Origin: Selaginella moellendorffii
Taxonomy: Eukaryota; Plantae; Lycopodiophyta
Assembly (NCBI RefSeq): GCF_000143415.4
Contig: NW_003314307.1
Location: forward strand, 1,220,952-1,284,951
Direction: 5' to 3'
DNA: 64,000 bases
Made by a program: the position numbers and the translations under genes. How positions within the stretch are numbered: position 1 is the first letter of the stretch; each line of letters begins with the position of its first letter. Below are positions 1 to 13,312 of this stretch, piece by piece. The notes under the pieces are model-generated. The model was given only the letters and a program-made list of their open reading frames with translations. It did no database searches and was not told the DNA's origin.

Positions 1-232
1 TGATCTCCTGAAGGAGATAGAGCCGGCTCTTGAACATTTCACCAAGCTACCCTACTTGTTTGTCCATATTCACTTTAGTTTTGGACTTCTTAGTGGTTAT
101 ATCATCACCCAATACATGGGTATAACCTTCTTAAGTCACATTAGCCTTTTTTAGCCAAATTAGTTCCACTGGAGTTTAACCCCTACACTTTATGGGACGA
201 TTGCTTTATGCTTTCACCCTATAGCCTATATT

Positions 233-432
233 AGTATTTGGACTTAGTCTTGGACTTGGATTTGGACTTGGACTCAGACTCAAACTCGAACTCAAATGAA
301 CTTAGTCTCAGTCTCGGTCTTAGTCTTAGTCTTTATCTCGGTTCATCTCGGACTCCATTTGGGACTCCACCTCAAACTCTATCTCGGGTCCATCTCGGGC
401 TCCATCTTGGACTCCTTCTCAGACTCCATCTT
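233..432 (-). repeat. Degenerate hexamer array (GGACTC/GACTTG-type) from an element-B family LTR fragment
   Basis: Reverse complement of the GAGTCC/GAGATC array in the element-B LTR (28590-28750); also present at 48440-48615. Confidence 0.6.
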
Positions 433-3400
433 AACACTTCTATGTGTTATGTGTTAGTCCTATTATGTCCCTTTTTTAGAGACTCACTTATTGCTTGCTT
501 CGTGCTCATTCCTCAAACACTTCCTTAGGAATTCTATTCCGACTCTTGACTTTTCAAGTTTGAGCTTTTAATCCAAATGTGTTACACTTATTTAGCTTTC
601 GCTTCAACCACTACTATGTGGCCCCCTTTTAGCTCCACTTTGGGATTTGAGATCAATTTGCTTGTGGAATGATGTTAGGTAGCTTTTCAAGTATATGATA
701 GCTAATTTGTGAAAGACTTTATTTCAGATTTAAACAAAAATTACTTTTCAAGACAAATTTCTCTCTAGTGGTAATGGTCAATATAAGTCTCTATTGAAGC
801 TTGTATAACAAATTTTTGAATTTTAAATGTTTGAGTAAGCTCTTTATGTATAACAAATGAGCATTGATTAATTCATTTAAATGTACTAGGCATAGAGTGG
901 TTTGTGATAATCGTTTTTAAATTTTTGACTTGTAAGTCTTTTTCAAGTCTTATAGGCTCTTGCAATATGTGTAGGAAACTTAAACTCAGGATAAGTCTAC
1001 TCTCAAACCATGTCTAAGTAGTTGTCTAAACTAAAGAACTTTGGATCAAAGCTTTGAGACAACACAATATTCTATTGTGATTTTGCCTCGTAAGATTTGG
1101 GTGAATAATTCCCCAATTTATTCTTTGTTAAGGTTGGCTCTAACTCTTTTTAAACTGGAGTCAAAGACAAGAATTACAAGGGCCTAATTTTCCTACTTGC
1201 ATATGTCTAGAAAAATTGTGACACACTATTGAAAAATGTGTCCTTTAAAAACCAAGTGAGAACTTGCTTAGAAGAAAAGAATTTTAAAGTAGTTAATTGT
1301 GTTTTCCACATCAAACACACTCAATTCTTTCTTCTTTTGGATTTTTCTCAAGAAATTGCTAGTTAAAATAATTTGAACTTGAGTTTCTTGGCAATATATG
1401 CTAAATTCCAATTTCAAACTCATCCCATGCTTTGGCGCTTAGGTAACGGTTGAAAAATTATTTGTCTGGCATGGTCTAAGTACTAATCCACTACAATCGC
1501 AAAGAAAGCTCCTTTGTTTAGTGTTGTCTAGGCTTAAAGCCTCTACAATTACTAAAGAGATTTACTTGTGATTCCTAGTGCAATTTTCTCTTAGTTGTTT
1601 CTCAAACTAAAGAATGACAACTTATCCTACTATGGTTGCCAAAAGTGAGTAAGGTTTTTTCTGTTTATACTCTGATTCTTGCCTCTGTTTGCAAAATAGT
1701 GATAAAAAAGTAGAGACAAAATATAGAAAAAGATAAAAAAAGATAAAAAAAGATAAGAAGAATGAGAAAAGAATAAAAAAGAACTCAACCTCAAACCCCA
1801 AAAGTGTAAATAAGGATAAATATATGTCACTCTCTCAACTCTATTTTGCACAAATTGTTATAGGTGAAAGAAAAGATAATTCAATACAAATGTATATAAT
1901 AGTGAATGGGGATTGTTTTCTAGTATGTCTAAATGCTACTTATATAGTGCATGATTTTATAATCATTCTTAATTGCTTCTCACTTATTTATGATAAATGT
2001 TGTCTAGGTTGAATCTTTCTTTTATAGATGCCTAAGTTTAGATGTAACTCTATTTCACCTAAGCTTCCTTCTTTTGCTTTGCTTAGGAAGGTACATAAAA
2101 TAAAACATTTACCTCTTCATCAGCTATCATTGGAACAAAAATAGAATAATTGACAAGCTACAAAAAAATAAAGATGACTAGAAGAGAAGAAAACACTAAT
2201 GCCATAATTAGAAGAAAGTGATAAAGGCATAGCACAAGGAACAACTCTTCAATCTCTAGTGGGTACAATAAGATCCATTAGAGGACTCTAATTAATATAA
2301 TATATACATAGTACTTAAATTAAATGAAAGTTGACCCACACTTTAAAGTGAAGAATATGAAAGAAAATCTATTTAAAACCTAGAACTCTTATCACTCTTG
2401 TATTCATCAGTTTCTACATCTTCTTAATCTTCTTCAAAATAGTAGTCAATATAAGAACTTTGTCTTTATAAAAAAGTGTTTGCCCTAAACTCAAAATGAT
2501 AAAAGATATATGTTAGAGGACTTAGAAACAAAAGTTGTTGGCACACAATAAAACAACTCTACTATGTTTTTTGGTAAATAAAATATTAATATTAGAAGAG
2601 AAAAACTTTGGAATCAAATGATTTAAAGATGAAGGCTTTAGAGATGTAACTTTTGAAATTGGAGAATCTAGGGGGTGGTAAATCCTATCTATATCAGTCT
2701 TAGTCATTTGTAACACATGTAGTTTTCATTTTTATCTTATGGTGATCTATAATAGAATAATCATGGAGTAGAACCTAACATTTGGACATGTATGCTAAGG
2801 GTAATGGAGTGAGATTAAAATTTTAGGGCTTTAGGCTATTAAATAAAAGGATATAGCAAAACTCTCAAGCATATAGCCAAAGAGCGAAAGATTAAGAGCA
2901 TGAAGTAATTTTTATGCATACAATCAAGAATGAAAAGATAGGAGCATAAAATAATATTAGAATAATACTAGAGCATCCAACATCCTAATGCTAATACTAG
3001 CATACAAAATGAAGCTAAATAAAGTCTTGCACTATTTCATTTTTCTTTTTAGATTGTTATAGAGACTAACTCCTAGGATTGGATTGTACAATAATCAACC
3101 ATAAAATTGCTGATAATAAAGTTAGTTTACTTGCAAGTAATAGCATTATAATAACTTTGACTGGGTTCTTGAAAAGTGATCTATTATGCTAAGTTGGACT
3201 TGGTACCTTGATTCTTCAAGAGTTTGTCTATTAAAATTTGGAATAGTTATAGCATTCATTTGTTATAATTTGTTATTAAAGTTATTGGCACTTAAAGTAT
3301 ATTGTTGGATGAAGAAGGTGTATAATTGAGGTATTAACATTGTTAGCACTTGTGTTAGTGGAACTATTTTAGCTTTAATTAGATTTTGAAAGTGATTGAA

Positions 3401-3574
3401 AAAGAGTGTAAGTGCAATATAGATATTCAAATATATAGTCTTTATAATCGAGTTTTGTGAATTCATTTGCATTTTATAGATGTTGGATATCAAATATATA
3501 GGTATGTTGTTTAGTATTGGGTTATAAGAATTTTGATTAAGTTGTGTTGCGAATATAACTATGGGTATCAAAAG

Positions 3575-4270
3575 TACTTATTAGTGAGTCTTTTCAAAAA
3601 TTCTTCTTTTACTACCACAATGGCAAAAGTCAATATTGCTAGAATTTTTATTAGTCTCCACCCAAGCTAGTTGAGAAATTAGTCATCACATGTGCACTTG
3701 GCTAGAAGAGTATAAGAACGAAATTCTTAAATGCTATTAGTCAAACATAAATTAAAGAAACTCATTCGCTAACTTGCACTTGTTAGTGTTGAGAACCCTT
3801 GCAATATTAAACTTGATCCCTCAATATTAGCTATAGTTTATTATGTCTGCCAAAACACCCTCACTATCATGCACCATATGCTAGCCTCATTTGGGACCAA
3901 TTGTTATTTATAGAAAAGTGTCTAGATTTGTTTGTTGGGCATATTTATAGAATGTAGAGATTTTTCTGAACACAATGGTGTTAATCTTGTGTCTAAATTC
4001 ACAATCTAACACCATTCCATATTTAGTAAATTTTTGTGATTGTCCCAAAGACTAACTCTTAGGACTAGGATGAAAGCCCAAAGCTTGCATTCCTTACAAA
4101 GGGGCTTTTGAGGGGTTTTAAATATATAGTAGAGATAGTGGGTAAATCAAACATGGTTGACTAACTTGAGGCATAGTCTAGCTCTCATTTGCATGTTTTT
4201 CCTTGTTTTCCATTTAGTTTAGATCTAAACCCAAGTTTTATTTTAAGCTAGCTAATGGAGTACTTATATC
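3575..4270 (+). repeat. Older degenerate copy of the element-A LTR
   Basis: Colinear with 4300-4597 plus 19326-19720 (e.g. ttctttactaccac, ccctcaatatt, ttatgtctgccaaaacaccc, gaaagcccaaagc). Supplies the empty-site sequence for the DNA transposon. Confidence 0.75.
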
Positions 4271-4597
4271 CTTGCATTAGGTGTGGCAAGACTTCGGATA
4301 TCGAAAGATACTTGTCAATCAGTCTTTACAGACACTCTTTCTTTACTACCATGATGGCAGGAGGTCGGTATAGTTGGATCCTTTGGTAACCCCTCTTGTG
4401 CTAATGGAGTTCACTGGGCATTTCGAGTGTATTTAGACCAGATGAGCATAAGGACAGAATTCTTACGTGCTATTAGCTAAGCATACTTAGCCTGGTAAGG
4501 AGTCCCATCTCGTTTTGTTTTGCATTTGCTAGTGATAAGAACCCTCGCATATTGAAACTAGTCCCTCAATATCGCTGGATGATAGTTTATTATGTCT

Positions 4598-4621
4598 ATG
4601 CTCTATTTCGTTAAAGTGGGA
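4598..4621 (+). repeat. Left terminal inverted repeat
   Basis: A 22-bp perfect core (4600-4621) is the reverse complement of 19302-19323. Confidence 0.92.
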
Positions 4622-6240
4622 TTTATTCAGTAAAATGGGACTAGGTACAAATTTTCAAGTATTTGAAAATGACGTGAAATTATATGTTTTTTGTCCAGGG
4701 GCTAGACATATCTGGGGCATGGTGACTAGCGTGGTGACCTTATGTCCAGACTAAGTCCATCTAGTTGTATAATAAATCTCATTGTCAAGGTGAACAAGCC
4801 GAATCTGAAGCTAAAGAAGAGCGATGGCATGCGCGCACACACTATTTGTTTGTTCATTGAGCGTGTGGTGAGCTTTCCAAGATGAACATCATTCCTATTA
4901 GCCAGACATATAACTTAATGGTGAGAACATTTAGATATTATTCAATGTTATCTTTTTCTAACGAATCTAATTGTGAAGGTGTAGCAAGAGGCATTGCTAG
5001 TCTGGAGAAGTCATTTAACTCATTTGACCCTTAGTGTATTTTCATGAAACTAAATAACATTCATATTATTAAGGAATTTCTCTAGTACCTTTTTTTTACG
5101 ACATAGAGGCTTGCATTTCTTTCAAAGGTGATTTAGTAAAAGGCCTGAGGGCACATGCCATTCTATTTCTCAGACCGGTATTAAGATATACTAGTGCAAA
5201 GGGAAAAAGGTATTTGGTGATCAAGTAAATGGCATGAGGGCACACGCCATTATAAGCCTAAGCGCTAGTGGACACCTCCTTTTTGGTACTCTCAGCGGTA
5301 CTATCATCCTTCTCCGGGTCAGTTGTTTTGCTTTGGATTGTTGTCTCTGACGTTACTGGGGCGTTCTCGATAGTTGTTAATGTTGCCGTTTGTTCAGAAA
5401 AATGATCACCTGGAGTATAGTACGGGGAGTTTGGAAGACTTATATATTCTACATCTTCACCTATCTCCTTCTCCGTCTCCTTTTCTGCCTCACTTACAGA
5501 TTTTGTGCTTGCCATGAGAACGCTCTTCACCCTAAAATATGGAGTTCGTTGTGTTATAAAAGGAAACCAACACACACGCTGCAAGGGAATGATGGTACAT
5601 AAAGCACGTAAGCCCACAATATGGGTTTATGTGCCATTAATATGGGCCACACGCCATATTATTAGATTTATGCACGTGTGATTGGTAAATGCATATGTCA
5701 CATCATCTTTGTTTTACCTCACACACTATATCAGGCCTAATGAACCATATCACATGTGCGCACATGCTATATATATGGAGAAGTATTATGCAAGGATAGA
5801 AATTCAATGCATGATTGTGGAGAGCAATGGCATGAAGCCACATGCTAAATAACATTTTAGAGAAAGAATTAAAATAAAAACATGCAAACAGTACTAAGTG
5901 GACCAAGACTTAGAAGTGCACAATTGAATGAGGTATTTCTAATAAATACTTCACTCACCTCATATAGGAATGGCTACCACTCTCAAATGGCGTATCGCCT
6001 CATGCCATCACCTCGCAATTTGTTATAACAATCCGATGAATTCATATTCGGCTTGTTCACCTTGAACTTTAAGTAAGATTTGCTAGAACAACTAAGAATT
6101 TATACTTGTTATTTGTATCATCTCACCTAGGAATGGCGTAAGGCCACATGCCATCACGCCTCCTCTGATTCAGATTCGGATTGTTCACCTTGAAATAAAA
6201 TACATTAGAAACTTAGTAAAGGAATATTAATGAATCTCAC

Positions 6241-9200
6241 CTTGAACCCGGGTTATGAATGCTCTTGCTGCATCTCTTGCATGGTCTGGCAAGGTGATGG
6301 TGGCACTCTACTTCCGCATCCAACCATGCACAACATTATCCACCGATATGCTCATGCTGGGATCCCTTGGATTCAGCACCCATCTCTTTTCTAGGCAATC
6401 CTTTGTATATCCGGAACTTGGCTTGAACCACTCCACAGTTACATTGAAGGAGTTAGTTTCCGCGTCCTCCTCTGCATCAGTGATGCAGCGCCCCACCCAT
6501 ATCATTTGTTTTTTATTACTGGGTCTGACAAGCACGACCATTCCTTTGCAGACCTGTACTGGATTGAATGCTGAATCCGGCTTCTTGTTCCTCGGCCCAC
6601 AATAGTGATCCTCAACATCGTTATCTGTCACTGCATTTCCAGAGGACATTGTTCCGCTACTATCTGGTGCTCTGGGTTCTGGCCAAAAGGACTCTTCCAA
6701 TTCTTCATATACAACCAGCCCATTTTGGATAGCAGATATAATCTTCTCCCAGTATTCGAGCAAATGCTTGCACCTCTGAAAATAGGATTCTCCACCAAAC
6801 ACCAACCCCCTCTTCCAGAAGGCAATATGCTGTCTAATCCCGGCCACTATACTTTCCTGGTCTTTGAGTCCATCCGGGTGCATCGGCCATGGGGAACCCT
6901 GAGGAATCATAGGTTCCCCAGTTATGGGATCTCTCTAGAAGAGTTCAATGCCGTCCACTGGCAACCACACTGTGTCCCATTCTCTCATCTTGTACCTCAT
7001 CACTGAAGCACCGTCACACATGCTGAAATGAAACTGAAGAGGCTTGGAGTGGCCAATCAGCGTTTCGGATTCGTCCCTGATGTAGCCTCTTACAAACCCC
7101 TTAAAGTCTGGAACCTCTGTCACAAGTGCAGCTTCAACAGTGCCTTTGATGCAATTTTGGAATTCATCGTAGAGTTGTGGGAGGGTGAGGACATTGGATC
7201 GCCGGAGGGACTCTACCAGGTGACTGAACATGGCATCGACGTCTTCATGAGTGTGCCCAACCATGAGAAAGCCAAGTGTAACCGTTTCAAATATGCCTTT
7301 GGCAACAAGCATCGCCAAGTACGCGAAGACGTACATGTTTTTGTTCTCACTGCCAGCATTGTCTGTTTGGAGCAGAAGATGGGGTGGAAGGCCACATCGG
7401 CCGCAAGAACTTCCTTGAGATTCTGCTTCGTTTGGATGAGGCTGTGCATTCACCGGGCGACCAGCCTCGTCGGAATGGCATGAGGCCTCACGTGATAACC
7501 CTACAATCTGACGGCCAACATATTCACTGGGATGGCATGGGGCCCCACGCGATACTGCAAGCCTTTGCTCCTCCTCCAGCTGAACCCTGTATGGGGTTCG
7601 ATCGACAAGGGCCTTATGCAAGGGTTGGCCGTTCAGCTCAGTCTGCGCACTTTGCAGAGACCTTAAGTGTTTTGCTAGGGACGCAATCATCATGTTTGCA
7701 CCCCCGCCACCCCATAGAGGTACAAAGAAGTTCCCATAGTTCTAGGCACCATGCCCATGAGCGATTATGCCAAACAGAGACACAGGCAGCTGCATGGATG
7801 AAGAGATTGCCTTGGGGGCAGGATTGAGTCGAGGTAAGCACGTCTTTTTCTGGTCCATTTTGTCGTGGATGATGCAGAGGTAAGAGTCAGGTCTCTCCAT
7901 GGAGAGAATCCTGTTATGATAATATGCAGTCCTGCAGCTTCTCTGCTCGATGTTGTGGTCGAGCCGCCTTCTAACCAACGTCTCTCGCTCTTGAGCGCTG
8001 CAAGAATTCTTCGACAAAGCCATTTTGATAGCAGTGCACTCGTCACACTTTGAAAAGNNNNNNNNNNNNNNNNNNNNNNNNNNNNNNNNNNNNNNNNNNN
8101 NNNNNNNNNNNNNNNNNNNNNNNNNNNNNNNNNNNNNNNNNNNNNNNNNNNNNNNNNGGACTTGGCTGGTGCCGGAGGGGCCATCCAAGGAAGTGCTCAA
8201 GAGCAGCTCCCACTCCCGAAAGGGAAACCGATTGCGGTGCTCCCGGCTCATGTGGAGTGGTGCCCCACTTGAGTACCATGCGGCTCATTGGTCCTCACCC
8301 TTCCTAGGGGCTTGGGCCTTCCTTCGGGATGGAAGTGGGGGGCGAGAGGTACCCATACCGGGCCGCTAGGCCACGGTGTTTCGCCCCGACGTCCCGAAGC
8401 AAGTGTTGCACTCAAGACTTGGGATTTAGAGGGTCCCATGATCAAGTCTTGTGGTACCAAGGGATGTTAGGAACCTGGAAGCTTGGTGTGCTTGGCTGCT
8501 TGTGCTTGCGGGGAGTGTAGCCGAACCTTAGTCCAGTCTAACCCGGGGAGGGGGATTGGGAGTGATTTGGGAATCCGTGGAAGGATGGCTAACACTCCAT
8601 TGCTCGTGCAGTGAGTAGCTGAAACCAAGTAGGAGCTGGTACCATAGGCGAGAACCTTGGCGAGGGAACTTAGCAAAAGCCAAGGCAGTGTTGGACGGAT
8701 AGACGAGGTAAGCTGGCAAATTGGAAAAGAAAAATTTGTGGCTTACACCAGGACAATGTCTTGTATCTTGCTCTCTCCTCTTCAATAGCATCCCAATCAG
8801 CATGTTGACAGCACCTCCTCTTGCAACAAGCAACTGTCGAGACCATTCGAACCTCCATCGCCATTTTCTGCCTTTTCGGTTCGTTGCTCAGATCCCTTTG
8901 GCTGCGCTTTAGGAAGGTGTACTTTCTTTTCCCATGAAGAGATGTTCTGTCATCAGTTGTAGTGGTGTTTGATTGTGAATCTTTCACATTCTCAAACACT
9001 AAGTGCCTCAATTTCCACCGCACAATGCTTCCAATAGTCAGACTGTTTTCTTCTGTGTCAACAACCTCTAAAATCGCAACTCCAATATCATCCCAGCCCA
9101 ATTCTTGATTAGCAACCGCATCTCTTGGATCGACAATTGTGGCTAAGCCCTCAGCTACCACCTCCCCCTCGGGGTTGTTTAGAAACACTTTTGCCTGAAT

Positions 9201-9503
9201 CCATGTAGCACGGTTCTTAAGATCCACGGAGGGAACATGCGTCGCACTTGCGCTGTCCCCAACATCTGCTTTCTTCTGAAGATTTTTCAAGGCAACAACA
9301 ACATTTACCCCGACGACCATCTCTCCTCGTTCAATAGCGACCACATTCCCATCGAAGACAGTCTCTACTGATACAGCAGCATTGCCTTCCCCAAGCCTTT
9401 GACAGTGTATAACAAAGTTCCGATCCATAGACACAAAGGTCCCTTTTGCAACTCTCTTCCCACCATTCAAAATGTAAACCTTTTCCCCAACCCTGAAGGC
9501 CAT
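6241..9503 (-). pseudogene. Transposase pseudogene (Sola-like/DUF7869-type catalytic core, two N-terminal Tnp1/En/Spm-like repeats)
   Basis: One frame from 8057 to ~6241 carries FSKCDEC, HDKMDQ, LLLQTDNAGSENKN, LGFLMVGHTHEDVDAMFS and is broken by TAG at 7742, 6935 and 6308. The N-terminal part (9503-8748) has VAKG...LG and VVAEG...LG repeats plus CCKRRCC, and is cut by an LTR insertion and the gap. Confidence 0.8.
8158..8747 (+). mobile_element. Element-B family LTR (3' part) inserted in the transposase; the rest is lost in the N gap
   Basis: Highly similar to 28951-29547 and ends in the same ...GGCTTACA terminus. Confidence 0.9.
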
Positions 9504-10834
9504 TCTGAAAGTGCAGAAAAGAAGTTAAGACCATACAAAAAATGATTGGAGAATGGCCTAAATCATAACATACCAAACAACCTCAATAGCATGAGGCCAC
9601 ATGCCATTATTCAAACATGCTATTGACACCCACGTGAAATTTCGCATTCACAAAATTGGCATGAGGCCTCATGCCATCTTGATATACACACAGCTGCAGG
9701 CAAGTAAAAACATACATGAGAATACGCTAGCCATGAAATTGCAAGGGCCCAAGATGGCATGTGGCCTCATGCCATTTCTAAATGTGGTCCTAAGCCATTC
9801 CATGGTGAACATACCAGGAAGCACAAGTGCCGAATATCAAGAGGAAGCGGTAGCCACACCAAAGACAGTGCCGCTCGCAACACCGCAACTACTCGTAGCG
9901 CCGCTCGCAACACCGCAACTGCTCGTAGCGCCGCTCACACAAACTGCCACTCGCATAAACTGCCGCTCGCAATGGCGCTCGCAATGCCGCAACCGCTCGT
10001 AGACGCATAAACCACAGCCCACAACGCCGCTTACACAAGCAGCGCTCACTGCGCTCAGCGGAACCAAGAACACGGCGCACAAAAATGATAGACCTAGGAA
10101 TGAGTTCGAGAATTCAAAAATAACACACGCTTGAACGTCACATCAAATCCTCTGACAAACCAGATCTTATGATTCCTCTGACAAATTTCAAACTGAGTAG
10201 CTTCTAGACTTTGCTGTCGGAGGTTGAACTTTGTCACATCATGTCCTTGCCTCGATCCAGCTGTGCCATGTCAGTGATTCGAACTTTGCCATGCCATGTC
10301 AGCGATCCGCGCCAAGATTATTCGCCGTGTAAAGGAATAATTACGCTGTGTGTGTACGTCCATTTATGGCAATATAAGGCCACACGCCATTCAAAGAATA
10401 ATGCTCGACATAAGGCCACACGCCATTCAAAGAATAATGCTAGTCGAACATTTTTTGGTGCATTTTTGGGTTCAAAATTGCATGAGCCCACACGCTATAA
10501 AGTTTACCTGTACCAAAAATAGAAACAGCTTTATTTACTTGGGAATTTAAGTGGTTGAGGCATTTTTAAACTTACAAACACATGCCCTACTTACATTCCT
10601 TTGGTTGCCTAAAATTCAAAAATATTATAAACCTTTCTTTTTGCATTTTCAATGTTTTCAATTATGGTTTTTGATTTTCGCAGGACCAGCCTAGTAATCT
10701 ATTTGCATCCCGTCATGTTTATAGCTAGCTTTCGTTTGTCCCCTTCGCTAGCCTGAGATACATCTGCTCGGCATCTGCCTCTTACAGCATTTGCCCAGAA
10801 AGGGCATCTTTCTTCACGCAGCATTTGCCACATG

Positions 10835-10867
10835 TTTAGGGTTTAGGGTTTAGGGTTTAGGGTTTAG
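10835..10867 (+). repeat. Interstitial telomeric repeat (TTTAGGG)4 TTTAG
   Basis: Read directly; matches the Arabidopsis-type telomere unit. Confidence 0.95.
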
Positions 10868-11696
10868 CAATTCAGTAGCTTGATAAACATGCAAATACAG
10901 AACTTGATGCAAAATCCTTGGATATGTCACAATGCCCCTAGGACCATAAACACATTTCAATAGAGAAGGTCCTTTCATTTCATAACTCCTTACGTAGATC
11001 TTGGTGAAACCAGAGTTAGTGAAGTTAGTTTCTTGTGATCCCGCATCTGATTGTGATGTCCCTTTGCAGTGTCGATGGAAAGGTCAATGCACACCAAACT
11101 GTAGAATCTTGGAGCAAAATAACGGTCGGATCTATNNNNNNNNNNNNNNNNNNNNNNNNNNNNNNNNNNNNNNNNNNNNNNNNNNNNNNNNNNNNNNNNN
11201 NNNNNNNNNNNNNNNNNNNNNNNNNNNNNNNNNNNNNNNNNNNNNNNNNNNNNNNNNNNNNNNNNNNNNNNNNNNNNNNNNNNNNNNNNNNNNNNNNNNN
11301 TCAGAATATTCTAGGAATATACTCCTATGTGCTCCAAGATTATTCGCCGTGTAAAGGAATAATTATCCTGTGTCATTTATGGCAATATAAGGCCACACGC
11401 CATTCAAAGAATAATGCTAGTCGAGCATTTTTTGGTGCATTTTTTGGTTCAAAATTGCATGAGCCCACACGCTATAAAGTTTACCTGTACCAAAAATAGA
11501 AACAGCTTTATTTACTTGGGAATTTAAGTGGTTGAGGCATTTTTAAACTTACAAACACATGCCCTACTTACATTCCTTTGGTTGCTTACATTCCTTTGGT
11601 TGCTAGCTTTCGTTTGTGAGATAACCTGCTCGGCATCTCTCTCTTCCAGCATTTGCCCAGAAAGGGCATCTTTCTTCACGCAGCATTTGCCGCATG

Positions 11697-11729
11697 TTTA
11701 GGGTTTAGGGTTTAGGGTTTAGGGTTTAG
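11697..11729 (+). repeat. Interstitial telomeric repeat (TTTAGGG)4 TTTAG, second copy
   Basis: Read directly. Confidence 0.95.
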
Positions 11730-13312
11730 CAATTCAGTAGCTTGATAAACATGCAAATACAGAACTTGATGCAAAATCCTTTGATATGTCACAATGCCCC
11801 TAGGACCATAAACACATTTCAATAGAGAAGGTCCTTTCATTTCATAACTCCTTACGTAGATCTTGGTGAAACCAGAGTTAGTGAAGTTAGTTTCTTGTGA
11901 TCCCGCATCTGATTGTGATGTCCCTTTGCAGTTTCGATGGAAAGGTCAATGCACACCAAACTGTAAAATCTTGGAGCAAAATAACGGTCGGATATATGGC
12001 AAATGCCCCTGAAACATTGTAAGGCTCGTGTGGTCTCATGTGGTGTCCGATCGAGATGCTTCTTTGCAGGGTCATCAAGAAAGACATTGTATACCATTTT
12101 GTAAAATCTAGTTGTGATCTAACGGTTGGATCTCCAGAAAACTCAAAAAAATCTCGCGCGTGTCAGAATATCCTAGGAATATACTCCTATGTGCCCCTGA
12201 AAATGGCATGCGGCCCCACGCCATTCAAGAGATAATGCCAGATGACGCCGAGAATTTTTTGGTGCATTTCTTGGGTTCAAAATTGCATGAGCCCACACGC
12301 TATAAAGTTTATCTTTGCCAAATAGAGAAAAGTTTATCTGTGTCATGTGAGGTAGTTACAGTTCTTTGTGCTCGGCATCTGCCTCTTGCAGCATTTGCAC
12401 TGAAAGGGAATTTTTCTCCATTCAGCATTTGGCCCTGAAAATGGCATGCGCCCACACGCCATTGAAGGAATAACGCCACAGGACGCCTGGATTTTTGGGT
12501 TTAAAATGTTTAGGGTTTTTTGGGTTTTTTCAAAATATTTTGGGTCCAACGTTTTTTGGGTTTCTTTGGTTCAAAATTGCATGAGCCCACACGCTATAAT
12601 ATTGATTTGAGAGAAAAATAGAAACAGATAGAATTTCTTTATTTAGTTGAACATCTGCCATTTTTGGAAATACAAGATGCTTTGGAATATCCAATCATGC
12701 ATGGTATAAATATAGCGAGGGTATTAAATGATATCCCAATCATGATCTTTCTTTTGGATTTCGCGTGCATGCAATCCGAGGAATGATGACGTTGCGGATT
12801 TCTTTTGGATTTTGCGTGCTTGCATGCGCGCAGCAATCCAGAAATTAATAGTGGCGCCCAAGTCCGAGGAATGATGACGTGGCGGGATTACCAACCGTTG
12901 TGACATTTCGCGCGTGTGAGGTTAGGTTTTGCATTTTGCTTTGTACTCGCGCTCGCGCTCGCATCACACTCGCGCTCCTGCTCGCATCGCGCTCCCACTC
13001 GCGATCACGCTCACTTCTCTACAGGTTTCTCGTGTGCATCGGCGTCCACTCGCGCTTGCATCACACTCGCGCTCGCATCGCGCTTGTGTGCATCGGCGTC
13101 CACTTCAAGACACACCCAGTTTGTAACTTCGCCGCCAACTCCGCCGCCCACTCCGCCACCCACACGCAGCCCACTTGGCGTCCCGGGAGATTTCAGCGCC
13201 ACTCTCCAACTGTAAGTGGCAGAGTAGCCTTGCTGCTACGATCCGCTGCACACACAGTGCACATTCGCCAGCGAGTCCGGCCTCGATTGTCACGGCCTCC
13301 ATTCGGCTTCAA

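Larger units (their letters stand above)
10312..11995 (+). repeat. Tandem direct repeat (10312-11135 vs 11334-11995) in the divergent intergenic region
   Basis: Near-identical blocks on either side of the 165-N gap; the second copy lacks ~110 bp. Further partial copies at 12163-12630. Confidence 0.8.

Noticed and set aside
238-528. Low-complexity ORFs at 238-528, 28504-28841 and 48436-48715
   Set aside because: They are translations of the LTR hexamer array.
430-3560. AT-rich stretch that may be decayed retroelement coding sequence
   Set aside because: No motif could be read with confidence.
6308-7744. TAG reassignment or U-to-C editing rescuing the transposase
   Set aside because: The locus is nuclear, host genes use the standard code (TMK and the MBL gene end in TAG), the gene is also disrupted by an LTR, and CAG>TAG decay is sufficient.
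10835-11729. Telomere repeats as a chromosome end or a Helitron/terminon signature
   Set aside because: Only 33 bp each, internal to a TIR/TSD-bounded element, with no Rep/helicase or RT nearby.
10312-11995. Tandem duplication as a certain biological feature
   Set aside because: It flanks an N gap and may partly be an assembly or haplotype overlap; it is reported as a repeat only.
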